DNA of 64,000 nt from Arcobacteraceae bacterium. GTDB lineage: Bacteria > Campylobacterota > Campylobacteria > Campylobacterales > Arcobacteraceae. Numbering within the stretch: position 1 is the first letter of the stretch; each line of letters opens with the position of its first letter. Under the pieces are notes generated by a model. The model did not search any database. It worked only from the letters and a program-made list of their open reading frames with translations, and had not been told where the DNA came from. The position numbers and the translations under genes are program-made. This document shows positions 30,045-40,497 of this stretch, in pieces. The stretch is taken from positions 99,290 to 163,289 of the forward strand of contig CBDCZH010000013.1 in assembly GCA_965224485.1 (NCBI GenBank), read 5' to 3'.

Positions 30045-31040
30045 ATGAAAAGAGTTTTTATACAAGATTATAAAACAATAGATTTTAAATTTTATCAAAA
30101 TATTGATGATTTTGTTGTAGTTGAACAGCCAATTAAATTTACCAATAGAGGTAGTTTTATTATTTTAAAAGTAAAAAAGCAAAAACTAGGTACTTGGGAC
30201 TTAATTGATCAAATGGCCAAAGCTTTAAATATTTATGAAAATGAGGTTGGTTATGCTGGTTTAAAAGATAAAAATGCAACAACAACACAATATATCTCAA
30301 TCCCAAGAAAATACTCAAAAGATATAAAAAGATTCAAACATCATAAAATAAAAATACTTGAAACTTTTTTACATAGTACAAAACTAAATATTGGTGATTT
30401 ACAAGGAAATAGTTTTGAAATTAATTTACATGAAGTAGAGCAAGAAGATGTTTATTTAATAGAAAAACGATTAAAAGAAATATCAAAAATAGGTATGCCT
30501 AACTTTTTTGGTTATCAAAGATTTGGAAAAGATGTTAAACAGAATTTAGAAAAAGCCAATAAACTTATTTATGGTGATTTAAATATGAAAGATAGAAAAC
30601 TAGAAAAAATGTTGATTTCTGCTTATCAAAGTGATTTTTATAATAGATGGTTAGCTAAAAGACTAGAGCTTTCTACTGATGTATTTAAACTTCTTGATGG
30701 TGATGTAATGTTAAGTAAAAAAGATGAAAAGTTTTTTACTCCAAATAAAATTACTGAAAAAATACATGAAGATTTTTTAGCTGAATTAATAGTTCCAACA
30801 GGTTTATTATCAGGTCGTAATGTTTTTAGAGCAAAGGGACAAGCAAAAGAGATTGAAAAAGACTATGATGATACTTATATTGTTGAAAAAGGTCTAAGAC
30901 GACAAGCTTTAGTTTATCCAAAAGATATTTTTGTTAAATATAATAAAAAAGATAAAAAGTGTAAGTTAAGATTTACCCTGCCAAAAGGTTCTTATGCAAC
31001 TGTTTTAATAGAAAATATAGCTAATAAAAACTTGAGATAG
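30045..31040 (+). CDS. truD: tRNA pseudouridine(13) synthase
   Basis: DDFVVVE, GYAGLKDKNATTTQ, PNFFGYQRFG, FTLPKGSYAT; ATG 30045 preferred over TTG 29979, which lies inside the terminator. Confidence 0.94.
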   Translation: MKRVFIQDYKTIDFKFYQNIDDFVVVEQPIKFTNRGSFIILKVKKQKLGTWDLIDQMAKALNIYENEVGYAGLKDKNATTTQYISIPRKYSKDIKRFKHHKIKILETFLHSTKLNIGDLQGNSFEINLHEVEQEDVYLIEKRLKEISKIGMPNFFGYQRFGKDVKQNLEKANKLIYGDLNMKDRKLEKMLISAYQSDFYNRWLAKRLELSTDVFKLLDGDVMLSKKDEKFFTPNKITEKIHEDFLAELIVPTGLLSGRNVFRAKGQAKEIEKDYDDTYIVEKGLRRQALVYPKDIFVKYNKKDKKCKLRFTLPKGSYATVLIENIANKNLR

Positions 31041-31073
31041 ATTAATTAGTTTATGCTTAGATAGTTGATAGTT

Positions 31074-31102
31074 GAAAAGTGAAAAGTAGTTTTTCACTTT
31101 TC
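31074..31102. terminator. Bidirectional hairpin between convergent genes
   Basis: GAAAAGTGAAAAG-TAG-TTTTTCACTTTTC. Confidence 0.6.
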
Positions 31103-31113
31103 ACTTATTAAAC

Positions 31114-32085
31114 TTATTTAAGTTTAATATACTCATCTTCAATATATAAAGTATCACCAATTGAGATTATTTTATCATCTTCATTAAAAGAAAAATCATA
31201 AATAGTATCCGTTTTAAAATCTTCTGAGATATTAATAATATAACCTTGTGATTCTAAAGCATATAAAGATGTTCCAAAAGCTAAAGCATAAATTTTAGCA
31301 AATTTATATTTCTTTCTATTTTGTACATTTAAACTAATATCAGTTTTAATAACTTGTCCATCAATAGTTGCAATATAAATATCACTGTTATGAGAGATAA
31401 TATCTCTTATTTCATATGCTTTTACATTTAATAAACCATCTCCAACAGATACAACTTTATTCGAACTTGCAGCTATTAAAGTATCATTTACTACATTTAG
31501 ATAAATTATATTGTTGAATTTTCCACTTGTATCAACATTTACAGATCTAATTATTTTATAATTTTGAGAAGATACAATTAACACTTTTCCATCTAAAGTA
31601 GGAAAAAGAATTATATTTGACATAAAATAAGGATTTGCAATTCTTACATCATTCACATATGACTTACTTAAGTATTCTTTAAATAAAGTTTTATTTGAAC
31701 GTAAATCATAAGCAGAAACTGAATTATCACTATGTACTAAAGCTAAAATATCATCTTTTATTGAAGCTGATACAATAATTGAATCAAGTTTAATAACTTT
31801 ATCTCCAATTAATACAGAATCTTTATTATTACTAGCAATAATTCCATTTTCACTATTATTTAAAAAAGTGAATCCTTCTTTAATCTTAGAAGTAGAAATC
31901 CCTCTTTTTGAAATAATTAAACCATTTTCTAAACTTGCACCATCTTTATTAAATGAGATAATAGAAGAAGGTAAATTTTTTGAACTTTGCTCAAAATCTT
32001 GTGTATCTTCTGGTTCAAAGTATTGTTTTGTAGAACACCCAGTAATTAAAAATAATATGCTAAGTAAACTTAAAAATGCTTTCAT
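31114..32085 (-). CDS. Lipoprotein, probable beta-propeller
   Basis: Lipobox LITGC; beta-rich repeats (FPTLDGKV, IATIDGQV). Confidence 0.75.
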   Translation of the reverse strand: MKAFLSLLSILFLITGCSTKQYFEPEDTQDFEQSSKNLPSSIISFNKDGASLENGLIISKRGISTSKIKEGFTFLNNSENGIIASNNKDSVLIGDKVIKLDSIIVSASIKDDILALVHSDNSVSAYDLRSNKTLFKEYLSKSYVNDVRIANPYFMSNIILFPTLDGKVLIVSSQNYKIIRSVNVDTSGKFNNIIYLNVVNDTLIAASSNKVVSVGDGLLNVKAYEIRDIISHNSDIYIATIDGQVIKTDISLNVQNRKKYKFAKIYALAFGTSLYALESQGYIINISEDFKTDTIYDFSFNEDDKIISIGDTLYIEDEYIKLK

Positions 32086-32094
32086 TCTTTTTCC

Positions 32095-32676
32095 TTATTT
32101 TGTAAGTAAGTAGTGCTTTAATATTTTTACTAAATCATTAACACTTGAAGTATTTGGAATCAATTTTAAAGTAGTTCTTGATTCTTTATAGTCTCCATTT
32201 TGTGCCTGAATTAAAGCTTTGTTGAAAATAGCAAACTCTTTTAATAAAAAATCATTTTGCATAGAAACATTATTTAATGCATTTAAATCTTTTTTGTTAA
32301 TTGCATTTTTATACGTAGCTAATTCTTTTAAAAACTTAAGATCAACACTTATGTTTTTCTTATCTTGTTTTGCTTTCAAGTATAAAGCCATTTGGTACAA
32401 TTTAGAACTTTTGCCTTTTAAAACTTCTAAGGCATCTTTATCATTTACATTTTTAAGAATTTTATTAAAAGCAATATTAACTACTTTTTTATTTTCTTCT
32501 TTTAAATAATTAGTTGTTCCAACAGCAATAAGGCCAACAACAACTAAAACAACAGCTGTAATAACTAATGTTTTGTACTTTTTAAAAAATCTTTCAGCTT
32601 TCACTGTACTTTCTAAAAACTTTTCTTCACTAGTTATCTCTTTTCTTACGTAATCTACGTTATCTTTTAAACTCAT
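32095..32676 (-). CDS. Single-pass membrane protein (YfgM/TPR-like)
   Basis: EEKFLES..KAERFFKKYK followed by one TM helix and a helical periplasmic domain. Confidence 0.7.
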   Translation of the reverse strand: MSLKDNVDYVRKEITSEEKFLESTVKAERFFKKYKTLVITAVVLVVVGLIAVGTTNYLKEENKKVVNIAFNKILKNVNDKDALEVLKGKSSKLYQMALYLKAKQDKKNISVDLKFLKELATYKNAINKKDLNALNNVSMQNDFLLKEFAIFNKALIQAQNGDYKESRTTLKLIPNTSSVNDLVKILKHYLLTK

Positions 32677-32816
32677 ATTTCAAACCTCTAAAAAAAATTA
32701 AATACTATATTACAAAAATAATCATAAAACCTTACTTTTATAAAAACTTGAATATACTATCATCTATATAAAGAATACTCCTTTATGCAAATAAAGAGAG
32801 AATAAAAGGTAGATTA

Positions 32817-34163
32817 ATGAACAAAATTTTTATGCTATTTACGATCTTTGTGCTTTCGTTTAATGGGTGTTATGCAAAAGATGAGCAAAACAATAAAAAA
32901 CAAAGTAAAGAAGAAGATAATAAAAGCAGATTTGAGTCATTGTCTAAGTTAACACAAGTTATTGGAACTGTTGAAAAATATTATGTTGATGAGTTAAAAC
33001 TACAAGAAATTGTTGATAAAGCATTAAAAGGTCTAATGCAAGAACTAGATGCGCACTCAACATATATGGATAAAAAATATTTCAAAGAGATGAAAATACA
33101 AACTTCTGGTGAGTTCGGTGGTTTAGGAATTACTGTTGGTTTAAGAGATGGTGTTTTGACTGTTATTTCTCCTATTGATGATACTCCAGCTTTTAAAGCA
33201 GGTGTAAAATCTAGTGATATTATTTTAAAAATTAATGATAAATCAACATTAAATATGACTTTAGATGAAGCCGTTTCTATCATGAGAGGTAAGCCAAAAA
33301 CATCTATTTTATTAACTCTTGTACGAAAAGGTGAAAACAAACCTTTAGCAATCAAAATTATAAGAGATATTATAAAAATTCAATCAGTTTATGCAAAAAC
33401 TTTTGAAAAAGAAAATCTTTTATATTTAAGAGTTTCAAGCTTTGATAAAAAAGTTACGACTGATTTGAAAAAAGCAATAAAGAAACATAAAAATGTTGAA
33501 GGAATTGTTTTAGATTTACGAAATAATCCAGGTGGTTTATTAACACAAGCAATTAATGTAACAGATTTATTTGTAGATAAAGGTATTATTGTTTCTCAAA
33601 AAGGTAGAGAAAGCGATAATGAAGAGAAATTCACTGCAAAAGCTTCAACAACTGTTTCAAAACTTCCTTTAGTAGTACTAATAAATGGAGGTTCTGCTTC
33701 TGCTTCTGAAATAGTTGCAGGTGCCTTACAAGATCATAAACGAGCTATTTTAGTAGGACAAAAGTCTTTTGGAAAAGGTTCTGTTCAAGTGGTGCTTCCA
33801 ATAACAGCTGATAAGAGTGAAGGAATTAAATTAACAATTGCTAAGTATTATTTACCAAGTGGAAGAACAATTCAAGCTAAAGGTGTTACTCCTGATATTA
33901 TTTCTTACCCTGGAAAAGCTATTGCTAAACCAAATAGTGATTATAAAATTAAAGAAGCTGATTTGAAAAAACATCTAAAAGGTGAACTTTCTAAAGTTTC
34001 TACAAGTGATAAATCAAAAAAATCTAAAAAAGATGAATCAAAAAAATCTAAAGAAGCTAAAGAAAAAAAGAAAACAATTATTTCAATTAAAGATGTTCAA
34101 TCAGATAATCAGTTAAAAACGTCAATTGATATTTTAAAAAGTTTAATAATTATAAATAAGTAA
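32817..34163 (+). CDS. ctpA: Carboxy-terminal processing protease (S41 family)
   Basis: PDZ FGGLGI, LDLRNNPGGLL, SASASEIVAGALQD, SFGKGSVQ. Confidence 0.95.
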   Translation: MNKIFMLFTIFVLSFNGCYAKDEQNNKKQSKEEDNKSRFESLSKLTQVIGTVEKYYVDELKLQEIVDKALKGLMQELDAHSTYMDKKYFKEMKIQTSGEFGGLGITVGLRDGVLTVISPIDDTPAFKAGVKSSDIILKINDKSTLNMTLDEAVSIMRGKPKTSILLTLVRKGENKPLAIKIIRDIIKIQSVYAKTFEKENLLYLRVSSFDKKVTTDLKKAIKKHKNVEGIVLDLRNNPGGLLTQAINVTDLFVDKGIIVSQKGRESDNEEKFTAKASTTVSKLPLVVLINGGSASASEIVAGALQDHKRAILVGQKSFGKGSVQVVLPITADKSEGIKLTIAKYYLPSGRTIQAKGVTPDIISYPGKAIAKPNSDYKIKEADLKKHLKGELSKVSTSDKSKKSKKDESKKSKEAKEKKKTIISIKDVQSDNQLKTSIDILKSLIIINK

Positions 34164-34175
34164 AAGAGGAAAATA

Positions 34176-35126
34176 ATGAAAATTAGTGATATTGTAGAAC
34201 AAGAACTTTGGCCAAAATCAAAAAAAACCACTTCGTTAAAAGGCATAAATGAGTTAGAAGAACTTGGATATAACTTATTTTATATAGGTAAAAATGCTGA
34301 TCTTTACACTTGCCCTGGAAAAGATGCAAAGGTATTATTAGTAAGAAGTGATAGATGTTCTGTTTTTGATATTCCTTTAAATTTAGAAATTCCAGGAAAA
34401 GGTGTTTCTCAAACTACAATTTCAAACTCAGGTGCCACTTTTTCTAAAAAAGCTGGTATTAGAACGGCTATATCATCAGAACAAATTGATGAAAATCTAG
34501 AAATATCTCCAAGATGTCAAATAATGGAACTGTGTAAACCTTTAGAAGCTAATATTGATGGCGATATTGTTCAGTTTGAATTTATTTTTAGAAATTATTT
34601 AACTGGTTCTTTATTCGAAGCTTGTCAAAATGCAAAAGACCCTTATGGTTTAGACTTAGATTCAAACTTAAAACAATGGCATAAATTTGATACAGCTATT
34701 TTTACTCCTACAACTAAAGGAATTAAAGATGAGCCATTAAACTCTTCAAAAGTAAGAGATTTATTTCCTGAAATTATTTCTTCTTTAGAGAAACTATTTA
34801 AAGACTTTACAACAATGGCGCAAAACAACGGTATTGTTGTTGTTGATACAAAATTTGAAATATTTGTTGATTCAAAAGGTCAATGGGTTTTAGGAGATGA
34901 AGTTTTAACTCCAGAGAGCTCAAGATTTATAGCACTTGAAGATTTTACTAAGGGTGATTATATTTCTATGGATAAGCAAATTCTAAGAGATTTTGCTAAA
35001 AAGAATGAGTGGAAGGAAAAAGCGAAAGCTTTAAAGTCTGGTGAAAAACTAGATGTAGACGTTCCTACTTATATAAAAGATGAAATTTTAAAAGCTTATA
35101 ATATTATTCATAATAGATTAGCTTAG
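34176..35126 (+). CDS. purC: SAICAR synthetase (long type)
   Basis: FYIGKNADLY, SDRCSVFD, RNYLTGS, FTPTTK, DTKFE, DEVLTPESSRF, DKQILRD; precedes purS/purQ. Confidence 0.9.
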   Translation: MKISDIVEQELWPKSKKTTSLKGINELEELGYNLFYIGKNADLYTCPGKDAKVLLVRSDRCSVFDIPLNLEIPGKGVSQTTISNSGATFSKKAGIRTAISSEQIDENLEISPRCQIMELCKPLEANIDGDIVQFEFIFRNYLTGSLFEACQNAKDPYGLDLDSNLKQWHKFDTAIFTPTTKGIKDEPLNSSKVRDLFPEIISSLEKLFKDFTTMAQNNGIVVVDTKFEIFVDSKGQWVLGDEVLTPESSRFIALEDFTKGDYISMDKQILRDFAKKNEWKEKAKALKSGEKLDVDVPTYIKDEILKAYNIIHNRLA

Positions 35127-35209
35127 AAGATTTAATAAAAAATAATTTTTATCAAAAGTGCTAAAGGTGCTTTTAGATATAATCGCAAAAAATAAATGTA
35201 AGGTAATAA

Positions 35210-35455
35210 ATGAAAGCAATTATAAATATTGGACTAAAAAAAGGTGTATTAGATGATCAAGGTAAAGCAACTCACCATGCTTTAGATACTTTAGGTTTTA
35301 AAGATTTAGTTAAAGATGTTAGAATTGGAAAACAGATTATTATGGAATTAAATACAAATTCGCAAGAAGAAGCAAATGCTGAAGCTGTAAAAATGTGTGA
35401 AAAACTTCTTGCTAATACAGTAATTGAAGATTATGAAATAAAAATAGTAGGTTAA
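35210..35455 (+). CDS. purS: FGAM synthase subunit PurS
   Basis: LKKGVLDDQGKA, VRIGK, MCEKLLANTVIEDY. Confidence 0.95.
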   Translation: MKAIINIGLKKGVLDDQGKATHHALDTLGFKDLVKDVRIGKQIIMELNTNSQEEANAEAVKMCEKLLANTVIEDYEIKIVG

Positions 35456-35459
35456 TATT

Positions 35460-36131
35460 ATGAATGTAACAGTATTACAATTTCCAGGAACAAATTGCGA
35501 ATATGATGCCAAGTATGCTTTTGAAAAACTAGGAGCTAGTGTAAGTATTATTTGGCACCAAGAAGAAAGTATTCCTTCAAATACTGATCTTGTAGTAATC
35601 CCTGGTGGTTTTTCATACGGAGATTATTTACGATCAGGAGCAATTGCTAGATTTGCACCTATTATGAAAGCTCTTCAAGTATATGCAAAAGAGGGTGGAA
35701 AAGTATTAGGTATATGTAATGGTTTCCAAATTTTACTTGAAGCTTCTTTACTTCCAGGAGCTATGAAAAGAAATGATAATCTTCATTTTATTTCAAAGTT
35801 TAATAAACTAAAAGTAATAAATAATGATAATGCTTTTTTACAAAAACTAGAAGTAAATGATATTGTAGATATTCCAGTAGCTCATCATGATGGAAATTAT
35901 TTTATAGATGAAGCTGGTTTAAAAGATTTAGAAAATAATGGGCAGATTTTATTAAAATATTGTGATGATAAAGGATTAGAAACTAGTATAAATGGTTCTG
36001 TTTCGCAAATTGCTGGTATTTGTAATAAGAGAAGAAATGTATTTGCTTTAATGCCTCACCCAGAACGTGCAATGGAAATGATTCTAGGTGGTGATGATGG
36101 TGTTAAAATGTTAGAAGGTTTTTTTAATTAA
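35460..36131 (+). CDS. purQ: FGAM synthase glutaminase subunit PurQ
   Basis: FPGTNC, PGGFSYGDYLRSGAIA, LGICNGFQIL, MPHPER. Confidence 0.97.
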   Translation: MNVTVLQFPGTNCEYDAKYAFEKLGASVSIIWHQEESIPSNTDLVVIPGGFSYGDYLRSGAIARFAPIMKALQVYAKEGGKVLGICNGFQILLEASLLPGAMKRNDNLHFISKFNKLKVINNDNAFLQKLEVNDIVDIPVAHHDGNYFIDEAGLKDLENNGQILLKYCDDKGLETSINGSVSQIAGICNKRRNVFALMPHPERAMEMILGGDDGVKMLEGFFN

Positions 36132-36164
36132 GAAAGAGTAAATTCTTTTATAAATAGGTAAAAA

Positions 36165-37349
36165 ATGAAATATATACTATACATTTTATTAATAACACAA
36201 GCTTTATTCTCAAATGAAATAAAGCAGGAATCACAAGAGAGTTCAGTTTTTAACGATGCTAACTCTTCTAGTGCTTCTTTTGTAGAAATTAAGAATAACT
36301 CTTATGAAGAACTTATTTTGAATGAAAATATAAGTTCTAAAAGTCTTTATTTATCTTACAAAAATCAAATAAAAATCATATACAAGAATCAACGTTTTGA
36401 AGTTAGCATAAAAGCATTAATTACAAATAATGATTTTGATGAAATAAAAACAAGGTTTATCAATGCTTCTAATATGAAAGTGCTAAATCCAAAAAGTACT
36501 TGGAAAGAAATTGATGAAAACACTTATGAAAATACATTTTATTTCAAAGCTTTAAACAAAGAGTTTAAAATACCAAGTTTTCAAGTTATTTTATATAAGA
36601 AAGATTTTGCAAAAGAGAGTACTATTTTAGCTCCTTTGCAACTTGAATTTAGTGAAATTGCAAAAAATGATAAAAAGTTTTCAAAAGTAATAGCATCTAA
36701 TCTTATAATTAATACATATAAAACAAAACAATATAATAATGAAGAACTTATAACCATAATTGATTTAGAAGCAAATGATTCTAATTTGAGAGACTTTGTT
36801 ATACAAGATATAGAAGAACAAGGAATATCTTCTTTTGATAATTCTACTAATACTCAAAAGATGTTATATTATTTGGTACTTCCCGTACATAAAAAAGTTA
36901 TTGAATTTTCTTATTATAATTTAAATAAAAAGCAGTTAATTACATTAAAAGTACCAATTATTCTTGAAAATGGATTAGTAAGTACTCAAACAGATCTTAA
37001 TCCAAATAAAAGTGATTTTATTTTTTATAAAAAAGTTGCAACTGGAATTTTAGCTTTTGTTTTTTTACTTCTGTTTATTTGGAAAAGAAAATATTATTTA
37101 CTAATAATTACTGTAGTTTTAGGAGTAATTTTTGCTTTATTTGTTATTCCAAATAAGATTATGTTTATAAAAAAAGAAGCTGTTATTTATATCTTACCTA
37201 CAAATAATTCAACAATATTTTTTAAAGTTAAAAATAAAAAAGCTGTTGAAATTGTAAGTAAAAAAGATAACTTTGTAAAAATAATGTTTGAACTTGAGGG
37301 TAAAAATATAATCGGATGGGTGAAGAATGAAAATCTTATCAAGAATTAG
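36165..37349 (+). CDS. Conserved periplasmic/membrane protein with C-terminal SH3-like domain
   Basis: Signal peptide; VSTQTDLNP; two TM helices; ILPTNNST...IGWVK. Confidence 0.75.
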   Translation: MKYILYILLITQALFSNEIKQESQESSVFNDANSSSASFVEIKNNSYEELILNENISSKSLYLSYKNQIKIIYKNQRFEVSIKALITNNDFDEIKTRFINASNMKVLNPKSTWKEIDENTYENTFYFKALNKEFKIPSFQVILYKKDFAKESTILAPLQLEFSEIAKNDKKFSKVIASNLIINTYKTKQYNNEELITIIDLEANDSNLRDFVIQDIEEQGISSFDNSTNTQKMLYYLVLPVHKKVIEFSYYNLNKKQLITLKVPIILENGLVSTQTDLNPNKSDFIFYKKVATGILAFVFLLLFIWKRKYYLLIITVVLGVIFALFVIPNKIMFIKKEAVIYILPTNNSTIFFKVKNKKAVEIVSKKDNFVKIMFELEGKNIIGWVKNENLIKN

Positions 37350-38022
37350 AGGTATATTAGTTTTACTGCAGTTTTCAATAACTGTTTTTTTTGTAGTTGC
37401 TTTTATGTATATGTTCAGAAATCATACACATAAAATTATAAAATTTTGGATGAAAACTCAAATGAAATTTTTAGGAATTGAGCTTGAAGAAGTAGGAAAA
37501 ATGGATCACTCTTGTGATTTACTTATTATGAACCACCAATCAATGATTGATATTATTTTAATCGAATACCTTCATAATAGAGATATTGCTTGGGTTGGAA
37601 AAAAAGAGATATCAGAATTATTCTTTTTTGGACATATCATGAAAGCACCTAGAATGATAAGCATAGATAGAGAGAATAAGGCTGGTTTAATTAGTTTAAT
37701 CAAACAAGTACGAGATAGATTAGGAAAAGGTCGACCTATTGCTATGTTTCCTGAAGGAACTAGAAGTGAGGGTGATCAAATGCGATCTTTTAAATCAGGC
37801 TCTGCTTTAATAGCAAATAAGTTTAATTTAAAAGTACAACCTTTAGTTATTATCAACTCAAACCAAATCTTAGATTCTAAAAAACTTTTAGCAAAACCAG
37901 GAATTGTTAAAGTAATATACTTAGAGCCAGTTCAAGCTAGTAAAGAAACAGCTTGGTTTAAAGAAACAGAAGAAAAAATGAGAGATGCTTTTTATAAAGA
38001 GATGAAAAAAGAGCAAAAATGA
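37327..38022 (+). CDS. plsC: 1-acyl-sn-glycerol-3-phosphate acyltransferase
   Basis: NHQSMID, IDRE, FPEGTRS, FKSG. Confidence 0.92.
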   Translation: MKILSRIRGILVLLQFSITVFFVVAFMYMFRNHTHKIIKFWMKTQMKFLGIELEEVGKMDHSCDLLIMNHQSMIDIILIEYLHNRDIAWVGKKEISELFFFGHIMKAPRMISIDRENKAGLISLIKQVRDRLGKGRPIAMFPEGTRSEGDQMRSFKSGSALIANKFNLKVQPLVIINSNQILDSKKLLAKPGIVKVIYLEPVQASKETAWFKETEEKMRDAFYKEMKKEQK

Positions 38023-38405
38023 CCCTATCTTGGCAAACAGTCTTAGCCGTTGGAATAGGTGGTTTTTTAGGTGCAATTGTAAGAATGTATGTTGTTTCTT
38101 CCATGAATCATTCTTTTATTTCTAAATTTCCATTCGGTATTTTAAGTGTGAATGTTTTTGGGTCTTTTTTAATTGGAATTTCATTTGCTATATTTTTACA
38201 TTATACTATTTCTGAACCAATCAAGTCTTTTTTAACTACGGGTTTTTTAGGAGCACTTACTACTTATTCAACTTTTGCAATTGAATCTTTTTTTCTTTTA
38301 GAAAGTTCATTTTTATTAGGTGTATTAAATATATTCTTGAATCTTTTTGGCTCAATTTTAGCAGCAGCTAGTGGATTTAAACTTTTTTCACACTTTCTTA
38401 AATAA
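38019..38405 (+). CDS. crcB: Fluoride efflux channel
   Basis: GGFLGAIVR, FPFGILSVN, TGFLGALTTYSTF. Confidence 0.95.
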   Translation: MTLSWQTVLAVGIGGFLGAIVRMYVVSSMNHSFISKFPFGILSVNVFGSFLIGISFAIFLHYTISEPIKSFLTTGFLGALTTYSTFAIESFFLLESSFLLGVLNIFLNLFGSILAAASGFKLFSHFLK

Positions 38406-38497
38406 ATCAAATAATAAACTTCTTAAAGCTTTTAATATCTTAAGCAATAAAAAGATAGAATAGAGTCTTAAATTATAAATAAATCTAGGAGATTATT

Positions 38498-38746
38498 ATG
38501 GGTATGCCAGGTGGAATGGAATGGATTTTAATAGCATTTGTAGTGTTATTGCTTTTTGGAGGGAAAAAAATTCCTGAATTAATGAAAGGTTTAGGTTCTG
38601 GAATTAAGAACTTTAAACAAGCAGTTAAAGAAGATGATAATGAAGTTGAAGTCGAAGTTAATAAATCTTCAGAAATTGAAAAAAAAGATGAAAAAACAGA
38701 AGATACAGTAGTATCTAAAAGTAAATCTGAAGAAACAAAAGTATAG
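38498..38746 (+). CDS. tatA: Twin-arginine translocase TatA/E
   Basis: [24 protein letters not shown]. Confidence 0.95.
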   Translation: MGMPGGMEWILIAFVVLLLFGGKKIPELMKGLGSGIKNFKQAVKEDDNEVEVEVNKSSEIEKKDEKTEDTVVSKSKSEETKV

Positions 38747-38757
38747 AAGAGTAAATA

Positions 38758-40347
38758 TTGCAAAAAGAAGTAAAAGATTATATTGAAAACATATTAGGGC
38801 AAAAAGTTGTTTTAGAAAAACCTAAAGATTTACGTTTAGGTCACTACGCAACACCGTTAGCTTTTTCCTTAGCTAAAGAATTAAGAAAAAACCCTATGCT
38901 AATAGCGCAAGAATTAGTTGAAAAGTTTAAAGACTGTGATATTTTCCAAAGTGTAGAAGCTATAAAAGGTTTTGTTAATTTTAAACTAACAAATGAGTTT
39001 TTACAAGCTCAAGTTGATTTAGCCTTAAATAATGAAGCTAATTTTGCTAAAGGTGAAAATAAGAATGAAAAGGTACTTTTAGAGTATGTTTCAGCTAATC
39101 CTACAGGCCCTTTACATATTGGTCACGCACGTGGAGCTATTTTAGGCGATACTTTAAATAAAGTTGGTCAACACTTAGGGTATGACATCACAGCTGAGTA
39201 TTATGTTAATGATGCTGGTTCTCAAATGGACATGTTAGGGCTTTCAGTTTGCCTATGTGCTAAAGAGTTTTTATACAAAGAAGATGTTGTTTTCCCTGAA
39301 ACTTATTATAGAGGTGAGTATTTAGAAGATATTGCCAAAAAAGTTGAAAAAAAGTTTGGAAAAGATATTTTTTATGATGAAACTAAACATAGAGAAATAG
39401 CTTCTTTTGCAAAAAATTTAGTTCTTGATATTATTGTAAAAGATTTAAAAGATTTAAAAATCAATTTTGATACTTTTGTTTATGAATCTGATTTATACTC
39501 AAAATGGACTAAAACAAAAGAATTATTACAAAATAATGGTTCTTTATATACAAAAGATGAAAAAATCTACCTTAAATCAAGCGAGCATGGTGATGATGCA
39601 GATAGAGTTGTTGTAAGAGATAACGGAATTCCTACATATTTAGCAGGTGATATAATTTACCATAAAGATAAATATGAAAGAGGCTTTAATAAGTATATAA
39701 ATATTTGGGGTGCTGATCACCATGGATATATTAAAAGAGTTAAAGCAGCTATTGAGTTTACTGGATATGATTCTAATAAATTAGAAATTATTTTATCGCA
39801 AATGGTATCACTTTTAAAAGGCGGAGAGCCTTATAAAATGTCTAAAAGAGCTGGAAATGTAATCTTGATGTCTGATATTACAAAAGAGATAGGTTCAGAT
39901 GCTCTTCGTTTTATATTCTTAACTAAAAAATCAGATACGCATTTAGAATTTGATCTTGATACATTAAAAAATCAAGATAGCTCAAATCCTATTTTTTATA
40001 TTAATTATGCTCATGCTAGAATTAATCAATTATTTAAAAAAGCAGAACTTACAAAAGATGATATAATAAATGAGAGTTTTGATAATCTAAATCAAGATGC
40101 AAAAGATTTAGCTTACCAAGCACTTTTATTAACAAATGTTTTAGATGAAGCTTTTGATAAAAGAGATATGCAGAAGATTACTGATTATTTGTACTCTTTA
40201 GCTTCTTTAGTGCATAGATTTTACGCAGAGCATAAAATTGTAGATTCTTTAGAACAAAACAAGTACTTAAAAGTTCTAGGCATGGCAGCTTTAAGTATTA
40301 AAACAGCATTAGGACTTTTAGGTATTAAGGCCAAGGAGGTTATGTGA
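38758..40347 (+). CDS. argS: Arginine--tRNA ligase
   Basis: EYVSANPTGPLHIGHARGA, WGADHHGY, KMSKRAG, YINYAHAR; TTG start. Confidence 0.97.
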   Translation: MQKEVKDYIENILGQKVVLEKPKDLRLGHYATPLAFSLAKELRKNPMLIAQELVEKFKDCDIFQSVEAIKGFVNFKLTNEFLQAQVDLALNNEANFAKGENKNEKVLLEYVSANPTGPLHIGHARGAILGDTLNKVGQHLGYDITAEYYVNDAGSQMDMLGLSVCLCAKEFLYKEDVVFPETYYRGEYLEDIAKKVEKKFGKDIFYDETKHREIASFAKNLVLDIIVKDLKDLKINFDTFVYESDLYSKWTKTKELLQNNGSLYTKDEKIYLKSSEHGDDADRVVVRDNGIPTYLAGDIIYHKDKYERGFNKYINIWGADHHGYIKRVKAAIEFTGYDSNKLEIILSQMVSLLKGGEPYKMSKRAGNVILMSDITKEIGSDALRFIFLTKKSDTHLEFDLDTLKNQDSSNPIFYINYAHARINQLFKKAELTKDDIINESFDNLNQDAKDLAYQALLLTNVLDEAFDKRDMQKITDYLYSLASLVHRFYAEHKIVDSLEQNKYLKVLGMAALSIKTALGLLGIKAKEVM

Positions 40348-40472
40348 TGAAGTGGTTTATTATAGGACTTATAGCCCTAGTAACTCTTGCTATTGTTACT
40401 GATCAGATGGGTGGAGCTAGAAAGGCTGCTGGTAATTATAGTAAGATTATGAGAGGTATTCCAGCAAAATAA
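40347..40472 (+). CDS. Small membrane protein (41 aa)
   Basis: Below the ORF-track cutoff. AAGGAGG SD at 40333-39; ATG overlaps the argS TGA; MKWFIIGLIALVTLAIVTDQMGGARKAAGNYSKIMRGIPAK; ends at the terminator. Confidence 0.7.
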   Translation: MKWFIIGLIALVTLAIVTDQMGGARKAAGNYSKIMRGIPAK

Positions 40473-40497
40473 AAAAGCTTAGTTTCCTAAGCTTTTT
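40471..40497. terminator. Bidirectional terminator
   Basis: AAAAAAGCTTAG-TTTC-CTAAGCTTTTT between convergent genes. Confidence 0.75.

Noticed and set aside
34005..34075. ATCAAAAAAATCTAAA repeats in ctpA
   Set aside because: Low-complexity Lys/Ser/Glu linker inside the reading frame.
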